Origin: an uncultured Planctomycetota bacterium
GTDB lineage: Bacteria; Planctomycetota; Planctomycetia; Isosphaerales; Isosphaeraceae
Direction: 5' to 3'
DNA length: 64,000 bases
Assembly (NCBI GenBank): GCA_963845755.1
Contig: CAWJTV010000011.1
Location: 576,001 to 640,000, forward strand
Part shown: one piece after another, positions 42,147 to 52,979 of the stretch
How the letters are laid out: every line of letters starts with the position of its first letter
How positions within the stretch are numbered: position 1 is the stretch's first letter
The notes under the pieces: generated by a model
What the model saw: only the letters and a program-made list of their open reading frames with translations
The model's database searches: none
What the model was told of the DNA's origin: nothing
Position numbers and translations under genes: made by a program

Positions 42147-44187
42147 TCACTCGTCCGTCGTATAGCCCCCGTAGATGTCGTCATTGGAGGTCGTGGCGAA
42201 GTTGCCGACGACCTTGGTCTTGTTCGAGAGGGTGACGGTGCCGGAGGAGATATACAGGCCGCCGCCGATCCCCTTTCCGCCGCCGCTGCCGCCGAGGGCC
42301 GATTGAGCTGATCAGGACATTCGGAGAAGGACGCCGTGCCGGAGTTGTAGACGCCGCCGCCCTCACCGCTGCCGCCTCCCGCCCCTCCGATGGCCTGGTT
42401 GCCCAGGATCACGCTGTCGGCGACGTCGAGGTGGAGAAGCTGCTCTGGATCCCGCCACCCCTGCCGACGCCCCCCATGGCGCCGTTGGGACCCGGCGCCG
42501 CCGACGGCGACGTTGCCCACGATGCTGCTGCCGGTCACGGTGATCATCGCCGAATCGCCGTTCTCGATCGCGCCGCCTACACCGGCACCGGCCTGACCAC
42601 CGGCGACGCTATCGGCGCCGCCGATCGCGCGATTACCGAGGAAGCTGGAGTCGGTCACGGTCGCGATCGCGCCGGAGGACATTGTCCAGTCCGCCGCCGA
42701 ACGCCGCCGCCGAAGGACGTGCTTCCCGAGGTGGGGCCGGCGCCGCCGATGGCACTATTGCCGACCAGGAGGCTGGACGAAAGGTCCAGCGTGGTAGAGT
42801 TGCCCACGTTGATGATGGCCCCGCCCAAGCCGAACCCTTCGTTGGCTCCACCCTGGGCCAGATTATTCGTGAACGTGCTGCCGCTGATGGTCAGGACTCC
42901 GGGCAGATCGAATCCCACGTTGGCGATCGCCCCGCCCTCCGCGTTTCCCTGGAGGTAGGACGTGGACGAGATGATGGCCTGGTTGCCTTCGAAGAGGCTG
43001 CCGGTGATGGTGCCCTGCACCAACCCGCCGAGGTCCAGGGCGCCGCCCTGCTGAGACCCACTACCGAGCGCGGCATTGTTGAGGAACGAGCTGTCGGTCA
43101 CCGAGATGGTCGTGACGGAAAAGGTTTGGATCGCCCCGCCATCGCTACCGGCGCCGCTCGTGCTGATGACCTGGTTGCCCTCGAAGATGCTGCCATTGAC
43201 GGTCAAGATGTCCGGCAACTGAGGGAAGCTATACATGGCGATGCCTCCGCCCAGAGCCAGGGTGCCGATGGCCGTGTTGTTCGCGATCAGGCTCCCGGTG
43301 ACGGTCACGTCCGAGAGGATGGAGTCGATGCCGGCACCGACGGCCTCGCCGCCGCTCGCACTCTCATTGATCGTGTTGTCCGCGATGGTGCTGTTGTTGA
43401 CCGTCAACGTCTCGGTGGGGTAGGGAGGGCCGGAAGAGTTGATCTCAATGCCGCCTCCCGCGTTGCCGCTGACGACGCAGTTGGTGAGACTCGCGTTGGC
43501 GAAGCTGAGGATGCCGCCGCCCTCGCTGGAAGAGTTACCGGAAATGGTGCTGCCGGTGATCGTGAGCGGGCCATCGTTATTGATGCCCCCGCCGAAATTG
43601 CCCGTATTGTTCGAGATCGTGGAGCCGACGATCGTCAGCGTGCCGGCATTGAAGATCCCGCCGGCGCCGTAAGACTCGGAGCCGGACGCGACGGAGTTGC
43701 CCGTAATGACGCAGTCGGAGACGCTCAGCGCGCCGTAGTTCAGGATGCCTCCGCCGCCGAAGCCGTAGGGCACCGCGTACGAGGCGTCGGTGATCGTCAG
43801 GCCCGAGATGGTGGCGGTCACGCCGCTCGCGACGTCGAAGACGCTCGACTCGTCGTTGCCGCTGACGGTCACGTGCTTGGCCCCGGGGCCGTCGATGTCC
43901 ACGCTCGTGGTGACCTCCAGCGGGCCGCTGCTCAGGGTGATGGTCCCGTAAGCGCTGCGGCGAACTTGATCGTGTCGCCCGAGCTGGCCTCGGTGATCGC
44001 GGCGCGGAGCGAGCCCGACGCCGTTGTCATTGTCATTGGTGACCGTGATCGTGCTCAGCAGCGCACGGACCTCCAGTGGGATGAGCCGTGGTGAGAATCG
44101 CCACAACGGCCGGCGACGGGCCTGATCTCGTCGGATCATCGTGGATTTGAGAATCTGAATGCAAGAATGTGACAATAATTGCATCAT
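42147..44187 (-). CDS. Beta-helix surface protein B (paralog); several frameshifts
   Basis: [30 protein letters not shown]/FxGN repeats; ends [24 protein letters not shown]. Confidence 0.8.
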
Positions 44188-44280
44188 ATCATTCCTTGTT
44201 GTAAGCAATCTGGATGGAGGATGAGAGAGCGAGAGCGTTTCACGATCGGGAAGAGCACGCCCCAAGGTCGATGCGCAGCC

Positions 44281-44370
44281 ACCCCCCTGGCCCCCCCTCT
44301 GTAAGGGGGAAAATAGGAGAGGGCACGCCCGATTGCTTTCCCTCCTTACGAAGGGGGGCAGGGGGGCTTC
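44281..44370. repeat. Inverted pair of CCCCCCTTACGAAGGGGGG-type REP-like elements
   Basis: acccccctggccccccctctgtaagggggaaaa ... tttccctccttacgaaggggggcagggggg; same family as 2570-2697. Confidence 0.8.
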
Positions 44371-44536
44371 GCTAGGGACTTGGAGCGAATTCAAGACGAT
44401 CGTGAAGCGCTCGAACCCATTCGATGCCGAGTGGCTGGCCTCGGTGCGCGCACGGCGGGCGGGACTCCTTGAACGGGAAACCGGAGACACCCGCATGCTG
44501 GCACAGGGAGTTCCATCGAGAGGAGCAATCGCTACA

Positions 44537-44562
44537 GGACAAGGCGCCGTTCGCCTCGGTTC
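44537..44562 (-). promoter_or_regulatory. Putative ECF-type promoter GAACC-N17-GTCC upstream of paralog B
   Basis: Minus strand GAACCgaggcgaacggcgccttGTCC; conserved with 47202-47227. Confidence 0.55.
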
Positions 44563-44626
44563 GGGGCGCGGATTAGTCGGATTTTTCGGATCGGGAGCGT
44601 GGTGTGGTCCTTGTTCAGCCGTCTCA

Positions 44627-44647
44627 GGTGCTCACCGAGCACCCTAC
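44627..44647 (-). repeat. Single GTAG-type REP
   Basis: ggtgctcaccgagcaccctac is the exact reverse complement of the copy at 63350. Confidence 0.8.
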
Positions 44648-44688
44648 TACGGATTCCGGATCCGTGCGCAACCCCAGCGTCCGGCGCG

Positions 44689-47024
44689 CTAGTCGGTCGT
44701 ATAGGTCCCGTAGATGTTGTCGTTGGAGGTGGTGGCGAAGTTGCCGACGACCTTGGTCTTGGTGAGCGTGGTGATGGTGCCGGCGGCGATGTAGAGTCCG
44801 CCGCCGTAGCCTTTGCCCCCGCCCGAGCCGCCGATGGCCGAGTTGAGGGTGACCAACACGTCGGTGAGCGAGGCGTTGGCGCCGGTCCCGGAGATGAAGA
44901 CCCCGCCGCCCTCGCCGGCGCCGCCGCCCTGACCGCCGATCGCCGAGTTGCCGGCGATCAGCCCGCCTTTGACCTTGAGAGTGGCCGCGTACTCGAACAC
45001 GCCGCCGCCCTGGGCATCGCCCGCGAATCCGGGGGTGCTGGTGCCCTGGCCGCCGGCGCCGCCGACGGCGGTGTTGCCGAGGATCATGACGTTGGCGAGC
45101 TTCGCCGAGCCCCCGTAGAACACGTAGATGCCGCCGCCCTGGCCGTAGCCCCCGCCGCCGCCGGTATTGCCCTGACCGCCGTCGCTGCCGATGGCGCCGT
45201 TCCCGGTGATCGCGGTGCCGCCGAGCGTCAAGGCGCCTTGCCCGCCGACGAAGATGCCGCCGCCCCAGCCGTAGCCGCCGGTCTCGCCGGCTCCGTAGGA
45301 CGCGTCAGCACCCTTGCCGCCTCTCGCGACGTTGCCAGCGATCACGCCGCCCTGGATGGACAGGGACGCGCCGGTCGTACCGACCGCGCCGCCGATGCCT
45401 TCGTTCCCGTAATAAGCGGGAATTGGCGAGGCGCTGGTGCCCGGGCTCCCGAGGGCCTGGTTGCCGATGAAGGAGGTCTTGGTCACGGAAGCGGGGGTGT
45501 CTACCAAATCCAGCGCGCCGCCCTCGACATAGGTGCTGTATGAGGGTACTCCGGTGCCGCCGACGGCCTGGTTCCCGGTGAACAGGCTGTCGGCGATCGT
45601 TGTCATGAGCGTCGGGCTCGGTTTGGAGTTGAAGAAGAGCTGGCTGTAGATCGCCCCGCCGAGCGCAGCTTGCAGGCCCTGTCCGGAGCCGCTCACCGCC
45701 TGGTTGCCGGAGAACTTATCGGATGTGAGGGCGAGGGCCTCCAGATACGTGTCGATGGCGCCGCCATAGGCGGGACCCGAGGCTTCATCCGAGGGATTGA
45801 TGGTGCTGCTGTCGCCCAGGGCCTGGTTCCCGGTGAACGTGCTCCCGCTGATGGTGGTGGTTCCCCCCCCGGAGGCGCCGAAGCCGCCAATGTTGATCGC
45901 GCCGCCCTGAGCCTGGCTGCCGGCGGTGCCCGTGCCGATGGCCATGTTCCCGGAAAACAGGGAATTCGTGATCGTCACGGGGCTCGGAGGGGGCGGAGGG
46001 AAGCCGTAGGGCGTGCCGGGAGCGACCGCGAGCGCACCGCCAGCAGCGAGGCCGGGGCCGCCTTGAGTCAAGGACTCTTCCGCCTCGTTGTTGAGGAACT
46101 GGCTCGTGCTGATCGTCACCACAACCTGCGGGTCCGTCCAGATCGCGCCGCCGGCCGCGGTCCCGCCCTCGAAGCCAAACTCCGAGGGGTTGTTGATCGC
46201 CACGTTCCCGCGGAACGTGCTGCCGGTGACCGACAAGCTCCCATATACTGTGGAATACAGGTAAGCCGCATTGATGACGTTGATTGCGCCGCCCTGGGCA
46301 TCGACGCTGAAGGACTGGTTGTCGATGAAGGTGCTCGAGCTCACGGAGACGCTCGAGCCATTCTCGGCGTCGATCGCGCCGCCGTCGCCCGTGAAGAACA
46401 GGGCCTTCGCCGAGCCCGCCGTGTTGTCCTCGAACAGGTCGTTGTCGATGGTGAGACTCAGTCCGGTGCGATCGCCGCCGTTGGAGATGCCGCCACCCGA
46501 GCCGCCGGGCGCCTGGTTGTCCTTCAGGACGCTGTCCTCGAGTGTCAGGTTAACCTGGCGCGAGGATCCCGCCCCCGTTGCTGAATACCGCCGTTCCCGT
46601 CGGCAATCGTCAGGCCCGAGACGGTCATGTCGGCGGCCGGTTCGGAGGGATCGTAAGGAAAGACCCCCAGCTCGAAGACGGTGTACGTATCGTTGCCGCT
46701 GATCGTGAGCTTGTTTGCCCCCGGGCCCTGGATCGTCAGGTCGATGTTCGGGGCGCTGAGTGGTCCGCTGGTCAGGGTGATGGTCCCATACGCGCTGGGG
46801 GCGAAATCGATCGTGTCGCCCGAGACGGCCGAGCCGATCGCGGCGCGGAGCGAGCCGGAGCCGCTGTCGTCGTCATTGGTGACCGTGATCGTGCTCAGCA
46901 GCGCGCGCACCTCCAGCGGGATGAGGCGCGGGCTGAACCGCCACGCCGTACGAAGACGGGCCCGGCCCCGCCGGACGAAGACGGATCGCAGCCTGGGCAT
47001 ACCACCACGTGCCAATAATGACAT
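44689..47024 (-). CDS. Beta-helix surface protein C (paralog); frameshifts near 46450-46600
   Basis: AAGGAG ribosome-binding site; [36 protein letters not shown]; ends [23 protein letters not shown]. Confidence 0.82.
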
Positions 47025-47201
47025 GATGCTACTCCTTGTTGCATGAATTCGGGACACAGAACGACCGCAGGACCACGGACGATGCCGAGCGGTCTGGCAC
47101 GGCGCGCACCGAGGGCGATACTCCGGGACCTTGGGGGAACGAGAGCCGGAGCCGCCCGCCTGCTGGTGCAGGGAGTTTCTTCGATCAGAACGACCCTCAA
47201 G

Positions 47202-47227
47202 GGACTAGGCGCTGTTTGCGTCGGTTC
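47202..47227 (-). promoter_or_regulatory. Putative ECF-type promoter GAACC-N17-GTCC upstream of paralog C
   Basis: Minus strand GAACCgacgcaaacagcgcctaGTCC. Confidence 0.55.
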
Positions 47228-47581
47228 AGGGCGCGCGGATGGATCGGAATCCGTGGGCGTTTTCCCGGTCGGCGCATGGGACGGAATGCTCGTTGGACGG
47301 TTTGGCGGGGGGCGTGGCTGTTGACGCCTTCACCCCACGTCGGCTCTTCGCAAGACGTTGCGCGGCCGAGCTTGAGCCTGCGACGTCGGCCAGCCCCGGC
47401 GGATGCGACGGCGCGGGAGACCCCCGACGCCAGTGCCCCAGCCCCTCGATATTGGCAAGACGTGAAGCATGCCGTCGAGTTTTCTTGCATGAGTACCGAG
47501 GGGAAACCTTAGAATGGGTCCTCATCAAGGAGCCGGCCCGACGAAAGGAATGGCGCGAATGAGTCTCTCACGGTAGGGCAC

Positions 47582-49393
47582 ATGCACGACTTCGACCTGA
47601 TCCTCACGCTGACAGGCGGACTGGCCGCGGCACTGATCTGCGGCACCATCACATTCCGGCTCGGGCTCTCGCCGATCGTCGGCTACTTGCTGGCCGGGTT
47701 TATCGTCGGGCCGAATACGCCGGGATTCGTGGCCGACCGGGCGCTGGCGGACCAGCTTGCCGAGATCGGGATCATCCTGCTGATGTTCGGCGTGGGTTTG
47801 CAGTTCCACGTCGAGGAATTGCTGGCCGTGAGACGCGTTGCCGTGCCGGCGGCGATCGGCCAGAGTCTGGTCGCGATGCTGCTGGGGACTCTGGTTGGTG
47901 TGTCATTCGGCTGGAGCTGGCCGGCCAGCTTCATCTTCGGGCTGGCGATCTCGGTGGAGAGCACCGTGGTGCTCACGCGCGTGCTCTCGGACGCAGGTAC
48001 GCTGCACACTCCGGCCGGTCACATCGCCCTCGGCTGGCTCGTCGTCGAGGACCTGTTCACGGTCCTGGTGCTGGTGCTGCTGCCCGCGATCTTCGGCCGC
48101 GGTGGCATGGGCGCGGCCGGCCTGGCGGTCGCGGTGGTCGTGGCCCTGGTGAAGGTCGCGGCGATGGTCGGACTGACGTTCCTGGCTGGCCGACGGCTGA
48201 TCCCCTGGCTGCTCTCAGTGGTCGCGGCGACGCGCTCGCGCGAGCTGTTCACGCTCACGATCCTGGTCGTGGCGCTGGGGATCGCCGTGGGATCGGCGAA
48301 GGTCTTCGGCGTCTCGATGGCCCTGGGCGCGTTCCTGGCCGGCATGGTCGTGGGCCGATCGGAGTTCAGCCTGCGCGCGGCGACCGAGGCGCTGCCCATG
48401 CGCGATGCGTTCGCCGTGCTGTTCTTCGTCTCGGTCGGGATGCGGTTCGACCCGCATTCCCTGGCCGATGCGCCGGGCCTGGTGGCCGGCATGCTGGCGG
48501 TGATATTCCTGGGCAAGCCGCTGGCGGCGCTGGGCATCGTGCGGTGGCTCGGCTATCCCTGGCGCGTCTCGGCCTCGGTCGCCACGGCATTCATCCAGAT
48601 CGGCGAGTTCTCGTTCATCCTTGCCGCCGCGGGGAAGGGCCTGGGCATCCTCGACGATCGGGCCGAGAACGCGCTGATCGCCGGAGCCATCATCACCATC
48701 ACCTTGAACCCGATGCTCTACCGGCTCGCCCGGCCACTGGGGACCCTCCTGGGCCGATTCTTCGAGGAGCCCGCCGGATCGGAGACGGCCGTGCCCGAGC
48801 AGCAGGCCGGAGCCGAAACGGGGCGAGATCGGGCCGTGGTCGTCGGATATGGCCCGGTGGGCCGGACGCTCGCCCAGCTCCTCGGCGAGAACCAGATCGA
48901 GCCGGTCGTCATCGAGCTGAACCTCGAGACCGTGCGCCGGCTCAATACCGAGGGGATCGCGGCCGTCTATGGCGACGCGGCCCATGCGGAGACCCTGAAC
49001 CAGGCCGGATTCGGCGAGGCCCGCGCCTTGATCCTCAGCAGCTCCCAGTCCACGGGGAATCAGGAAGCCATTCGCCTGGCGCGCGAGCTGAATCCTAAGG
49101 CCTTGATCCTGGTCCGTTCGAATTACCTGCTCGAGCGGCCGGCGCTGTGCGGGGCGGGCGCCGATCTGGTGTTCTCCGGCGAGGGTGAGGTGGCCCTGTC
49201 GATGACCGAGGCGCTGCTCGAACACCTGGGGGCGACGCCCGAGCAGATCGACCGCGAACGGGCGCGGATCCGGTCCGATCTGTTCCAGGGCCGGGGAGCC
49301 CAAGGACCCTCGCCGGATGGCCCGCCCTCCTCGGAGGGAACGTGTGAGCCGACGGTCTCTCCTCCTATCAATTCGGATCTCCCATCAGGATGA
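47582..49393 (+). CDS. CPA2-family cation:proton antiporter with TrkA-N (KTN) domain, YbaL/Kef-like
   Basis: PIVGYLLAG..VGPNTPGFVAD, LAEIGIILLMFGVGL, GWLVVEDL, LGAFLAG, RDAFAVLFFVSVG, QIGEFSFILA; VVVGYGPVG, VYGDA. Confidence 0.93.
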   Translation: MHDFDLILTLTGGLAAALICGTITFRLGLSPIVGYLLAGFIVGPNTPGFVADRALADQLAEIGIILLMFGVGLQFHVEELLAVRRVAVPAAIGQSLVAMLLGTLVGVSFGWSWPASFIFGLAISVESTVVLTRVLSDAGTLHTPAGHIALGWLVVEDLFTVLVLVLLPAIFGRGGMGAAGLAVAVVVALVKVAAMVGLTFLAGRRLIPWLLSVVAATRSRELFTLTILVVALGIAVGSAKVFGVSMALGAFLAGMVVGRSEFSLRAATEALPMRDAFAVLFFVSVGMRFDPHSLADAPGLVAGMLAVIFLGKPLAALGIVRWLGYPWRVSASVATAFIQIGEFSFILAAAGKGLGILDDRAENALIAGAIITITLNPMLYRLARPLGTLLGRFFEEPAGSETAVPEQQAGAETGRDRAVVVGYGPVGRTLAQLLGENQIEPVVIELNLETVRRLNTEGIAAVYGDAAHAETLNQAGFGEARALILSSSQSTGNQEAIRLARELNPKALILVRSNYLLERPALCGAGADLVFSGEGEVALSMTEALLEHLGATPEQIDRERARIRSDLFQGRGAQGPSPDGPPSSEGTCEPTVSPPINSDLPSG

Positions 49394-52300
49394 AGCCGGC
49401 CCAGTCGTGGGGATGAGCGAACGGGTGGCCTTCGGACCGGGCATTGGACCTGGCCCGGATCTCGCCCCGCGCGATCTGGCTCAATTCGCGCTCGACCTCG
49501 GTGCCGGTCAACCCGCGGAGCCACGCCTTGGCCTCGTGCAGCGCCTCGGCCTTCGAGAGCGGCTTGTCCAACCCGGGTCGCTTGCCCAGCCAGTTCTGAT
49601 AGAACCGGGCCATCAAGAGCGCGGACGACCTGTCATCCACTTCCCAAAGGCTGACGATCACGCTGCGGCTACCGGCCAGGAAGAACGCCTGGGCGAAGCC
49701 GACGAATCCTTCGCCGCCGCTTTGGCGTCCCAGGCCGCTCCGGCAGGCGCTCAGCGTAACCAACTCGGCATTGAGCTTCCAAGTGTTCATGACCTCGCCG
49801 GCGGTGAGTGTGCCATCGAAGACCGGCGCATTGAGCGAGACCGTGGCGGTCGGGTCGGGCAGCTTGTCCTGCGAGAGCAGCAGCCGGGAGTTCATCGGCG
49901 CGAGGTCGTCGATCTTACCATGGGTGGCCAGGTGAATCACGGTGAACCCGCCGAGCTGTCCGCGAGAGCGCACCGAGTCGAGGGTCTGTTCGCTCGCATC
50001 TGAACCGAGGTAGACCTCACGCTGGTCGAAGAATCCGGCGATGGTCTGGACCTCGCGGCGGGTGCCAGGCAGCGGATCGAAGGTCGCGCCGCGAGAGCGG
50101 CGGAGCGAGATGTCGCCCTCGCGCTGGGCGAGCAGGGCCTGCGGTGCCGGTTGGGTGTTCGGGACGACTCCGAGCGGCCCGGGACGGAGGGTCAATTCGA
50201 ACGTCTTATTGTCGCGCCAGACGGCAACCGCGATGCTCTTGACCTTGAGATCGCCGCCCTGGACCTGCTTCTCGAGGTCGTCGAGGGCCGCGAGCCTGGC
50301 GCCGCCATACTGGAGCAGGATATCGCCCGGCCGGATGCCAGCCTGTTCCGCGTTCGAACCGGGCTCCACCTGCTGGACGAGCAGGCCGTGATTGGGAGGT
50401 TTGGGCGCAGGCGGGTTGGACGTGTCGGCAGCCGGGGGCACGGGGTCGCCCAGGGCCAGCAGGCGGCGAGGCCGTGCCGGCTTGCCCTCCTCCTCGTGGC
50501 GCCGTTCCTGGAGCCAGGCGAAGATTGTGCCCGAGGGAGCATAGCTGACGAGGCGACGCGGCGCAGCCGGCGGACGGGCCTCGACCATCGCCTCGACGGG
50601 AATGCCTGCCAGTGCGGGCGACGGCAGGACGATCAGGTGCCGGACGGACGGCAGGCCGTCGCGAGCTTCCAAGGCAGTCTCCAGCGGCCCCAAGCGTTGC
50701 TGGGCCAACATGGCTAGGGGCGTCTGCCAGTCCTTCTCGATCTCAGTGCCGAGGAGTTGGCGGACCTGACCAGGCCGTTGTTCATCGGCCGGCCTCCACG
50801 CCGGGTCTGGTCCGATCCCGACGATGCGGATCCACTGTGGCACGCCAATGCGCCGGACCACGCAGGCCCAGTGGTCGCCGCGAGGATCGGCGGTGTTGGG
50901 CATGGTCTTGAGGTCGAGCCAGCCGACGAGCGCCGCGTCGGCGGGGATCCGGGCCTGAATCTGGTCGAGGTCGTACACCGCACCGGCGGTCGCCTTGTAT
51001 TTCCGGATGACCTCGGCCTCGAGTTGGACCAGCCGGCCCTGTAGATCGAGGCGCTGGCTCTTGAGCTCCTCGAGCTGCTTGCGCTGATCATTGGTGGGGT
51101 CCTCGACGCTCATCCGGGCATTGATCTGGTTGTCGAGCCGGTCGAGCCGGTAAGCCAGCTCATCATGGCCGCGTCGCTCGTCGAGCGTGAGGGGTCGGCG
51201 TCGGGCGGCCAGGTCATCGAACAAGCCGCGCGCCAGGCCGGATTCCCAGCGCTGCCAGGCGTCCGCGTCGCATGCCTGCCGGGCCAGGAGTGCGGCGAGG
51301 ACGGTCAGGGGCGATTGCTGCGACCCGAGCGCGATCCGGCCCATCCCCGTGAAGCTGACGCGAAGCCTCGCCGCCTCGTAACTCCGGGTCGCGGCGAGCG
51401 CCTGGGTTTCGGCGTCGGAGTAATTCCCCTGGGCGGCCAGGTTGAGAGCCAGGCCCGTGTAGCTCCGCGCCGTTTGGTCGTGTTCCTCACCCAGCCTGCG
51501 GCGGCGGATCTCCAACGACTTATCATAGAGCGCTTCCGCCTCAGCGTACTTCCCTTGCCGCTCCAGATTGACGGCCACTCTGCTGTATCCGACTGCCAGG
51601 TAGGGGTGGCTCTCGCCCAAGCGGCCCCGCCAGATGTCCACGGCTTTACGGTGCAGAGATTGAGCCTCGGCATACCTCTCTTGCCTCTCCAGATTGGCGG
51701 CCAGGTTGCTGTATCCGGCGGCCGTGTGGAGGTGGTCCTCGCCGAGCTGCTGGCGCCAGATGTCCACCGCCTTCTGAAGCAGTGGCTGGGCCTCGGCATA
51801 CTTCCCTTGATCGCGCAGGTTGGCGCCCAGATTGTTGTACGCCAGGGCCGTATCGGGGTGGTCCTCGCCTGAGGCGAGGCGGTAGATCTCCAGTGCCCTG
51901 CGGAGTAGCGGTTCGGACTCGGTGTCTTTGCCCTGGCCGGTGAGATCATAAGCCAGGTTATTGTAGCTCCTGGCGGTGTCGGAGCTGATCTCGCCCTGGG
52001 CCCGGCGGTGGATCTCCAGCGCCTTGTGGAGAAACGGCTGGGCCTCGGCGTACTTCCCTTGATCGCGGAGGTTGAGGCCCAGGTTATCGCAAGCATCGGC
52101 AATCCGAGGGGCATACTCGCCCTGAGTATGGAGGTTGATCTCCAGCGCCCGACGATAATGCGGCTCGGCCTCGGCGTATAGGCCCTGGCCGTCGAGGTTG
52201 GCGGCCAGGTCATTGTAGCTGGCGGCGGTATACGGGTGATTCTCACCCAGGGCGTGGCGATCGATCTCAAGCGCCTTCAGACAGAACGGCCTGGCTTCTT

Positions 52301-52859
52301 CATACCGCCCCTGGGCATCGAGGTTTTCGGTCAACCCGTTATAGATCCGGGCCGTGTTCGGGTGGTCCTCGCCCAGGATCTTGCGGCGAGTGTCAATCAC
52401 CGACCGGATCAGCGGTTCCGCCTCGGCGAAGCGCCCCTTCTGATGGAACTGCTCAATCTCCTCATCGTGCCGTATGGCCGCCGCCAGCTCGGATTGGGCT
52501 TCGCGCGGCAGGCCGGCCACGCGAGTGCACGACTGCTCCTCGATCCGCGCGTTGACCGTCTCCCAGTGGTCCTGGCCCTGCACGCGGTTGCGGATCGCCA
52601 GGACCTCTCTCGCGGGCGCAATCGCCTCGGCGAATCGACCTTTCTTCTCGAGATCAGCGATCTGTTTTTCCAGCGAATCGGCCCACTTGGCGTCGTCGCC
52701 TTGGAGGACGCGCTGCCAGGGGGGCTTCGACTTCAACACGACTTCCTTCCCTGGCGTCGCCTGAGCCAGCACCGGGGCAGCCGAGTTGATCAGGATGGAG
52801 CTTGCCAAGGAGGCGACGAGACACGAGGAAAAACACTTGTTGAAGATTCCGGTTCTCAT
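49368..52859 (-). CDS. Secreted TPR-repeat CHAT (caspase-like) protease with an inserted PDZ domain
   Basis: Signal peptide; about 9 GEDHP.TA..YNNLA TPRs; CHAT LIVLPSPALAGIPVEA, LPGTRREV, IHLATHG, LVTLSACRSG, SLWEVDD, HPHDWAGF; PDZ GLLVQQVEPGSNAEQAGIRPGDILL. Confidence 0.92.
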   Translation of the reverse strand: MRTGIFNKCFSSCLVASLASSILINSAAPVLAQATPGKEVVLKSKPPWQRVLQGDDAKWADSLEKQIADLEKKGRFAEAIAPAREVLAIRNRVQGQDHWETVNARIEEQSCTRVAGLPREAQSELAAAIRHDEEIEQFHQKGRFAEAEPLIRSVIDTRRKILGEDHPNTARIYNGLTENLDAQGRYEEARPFCLKALEIDRHALGENHPYTAASYNDLAANLDGQGLYAEAEPHYRRALEINLHTQGEYAPRIADACDNLGLNLRDQGKYAEAQPFLHKALEIHRRAQGEISSDTARSYNNLAYDLTGQGKDTESEPLLRRALEIYRLASGEDHPDTALAYNNLGANLRDQGKYAEAQPLLQKAVDIWRQQLGEDHLHTAAGYSNLAANLERQERYAEAQSLHRKAVDIWRGRLGESHPYLAVGYSRVAVNLERQGKYAEAEALYDKSLEIRRRRLGEEHDQTARSYTGLALNLAAQGNYSDAETQALAATRSYEAARLRVSFTGMGRIALGSQQSPLTVLAALLARQACDADAWQRWESGLARGLFDDLAARRRPLTLDERRGHDELAYRLDRLDNQINARMSVEDPTNDQRKQLEELKSQRLDLQGRLVQLEAEVIRKYKATAGAVYDLDQIQARIPADAALVGWLDLKTMPNTADPRGDHWACVVRRIGVPQWIRIVGIGPDPAWRPADEQRPGQVRQLLGTEIEKDWQTPLAMLAQQRLGPLETALEARDGLPSVRHLIVLPSPALAGIPVEAMVEARPPAAPRRLVSYAPSGTIFAWLQERRHEEEGKPARPRRLLALGDPVPPAADTSNPPAPKPPNHGLLVQQVEPGSNAEQAGIRPGDILLQYGGARLAALDDLEKQVQGGDLKVKSIAVAVWRDNKTFELTLRPGPLGVVPNTQPAPQALLAQREGDISLRRSRGATFDPLPGTRREVQTIAGFFDQREVYLGSDASEQTLDSVRSRGQLGGFTVIHLATHGKIDDLAPMNSRLLLSQDKLPDPTATVSLNAPVFDGTLTAGEVMNTWKLNAELVTLSACRSGLGRQSGGEGFVGFAQAFFLAGSRSVIVSLWEVDDRSSALLMARFYQNWLGKRPGLDKPLSKAEALHEAKAWLRGLTGTEVERELSQIARGEIRARSNARSEGHPFAHPHDWAGFILMGDPN

Positions 52860-52979
52860 GACAGGATTGCCTTTTTGAAGACATTCGGTCGGTCGATTGT
52901 TGACGTCGAGAGGCCCGCGCCGAACGCAGCGACGTGATCTCGTTTCCGGTTTTCCTCGGTACCATGGCCCTGTTGCCGT

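Noticed and set aside
49368..49393. 26-bp overlap of the antiporter and CHAT 3' ends as a regulatory feature
   Set aside because: The antiporter tail is low-complexity, and short convergent overlaps or a late indel are common.
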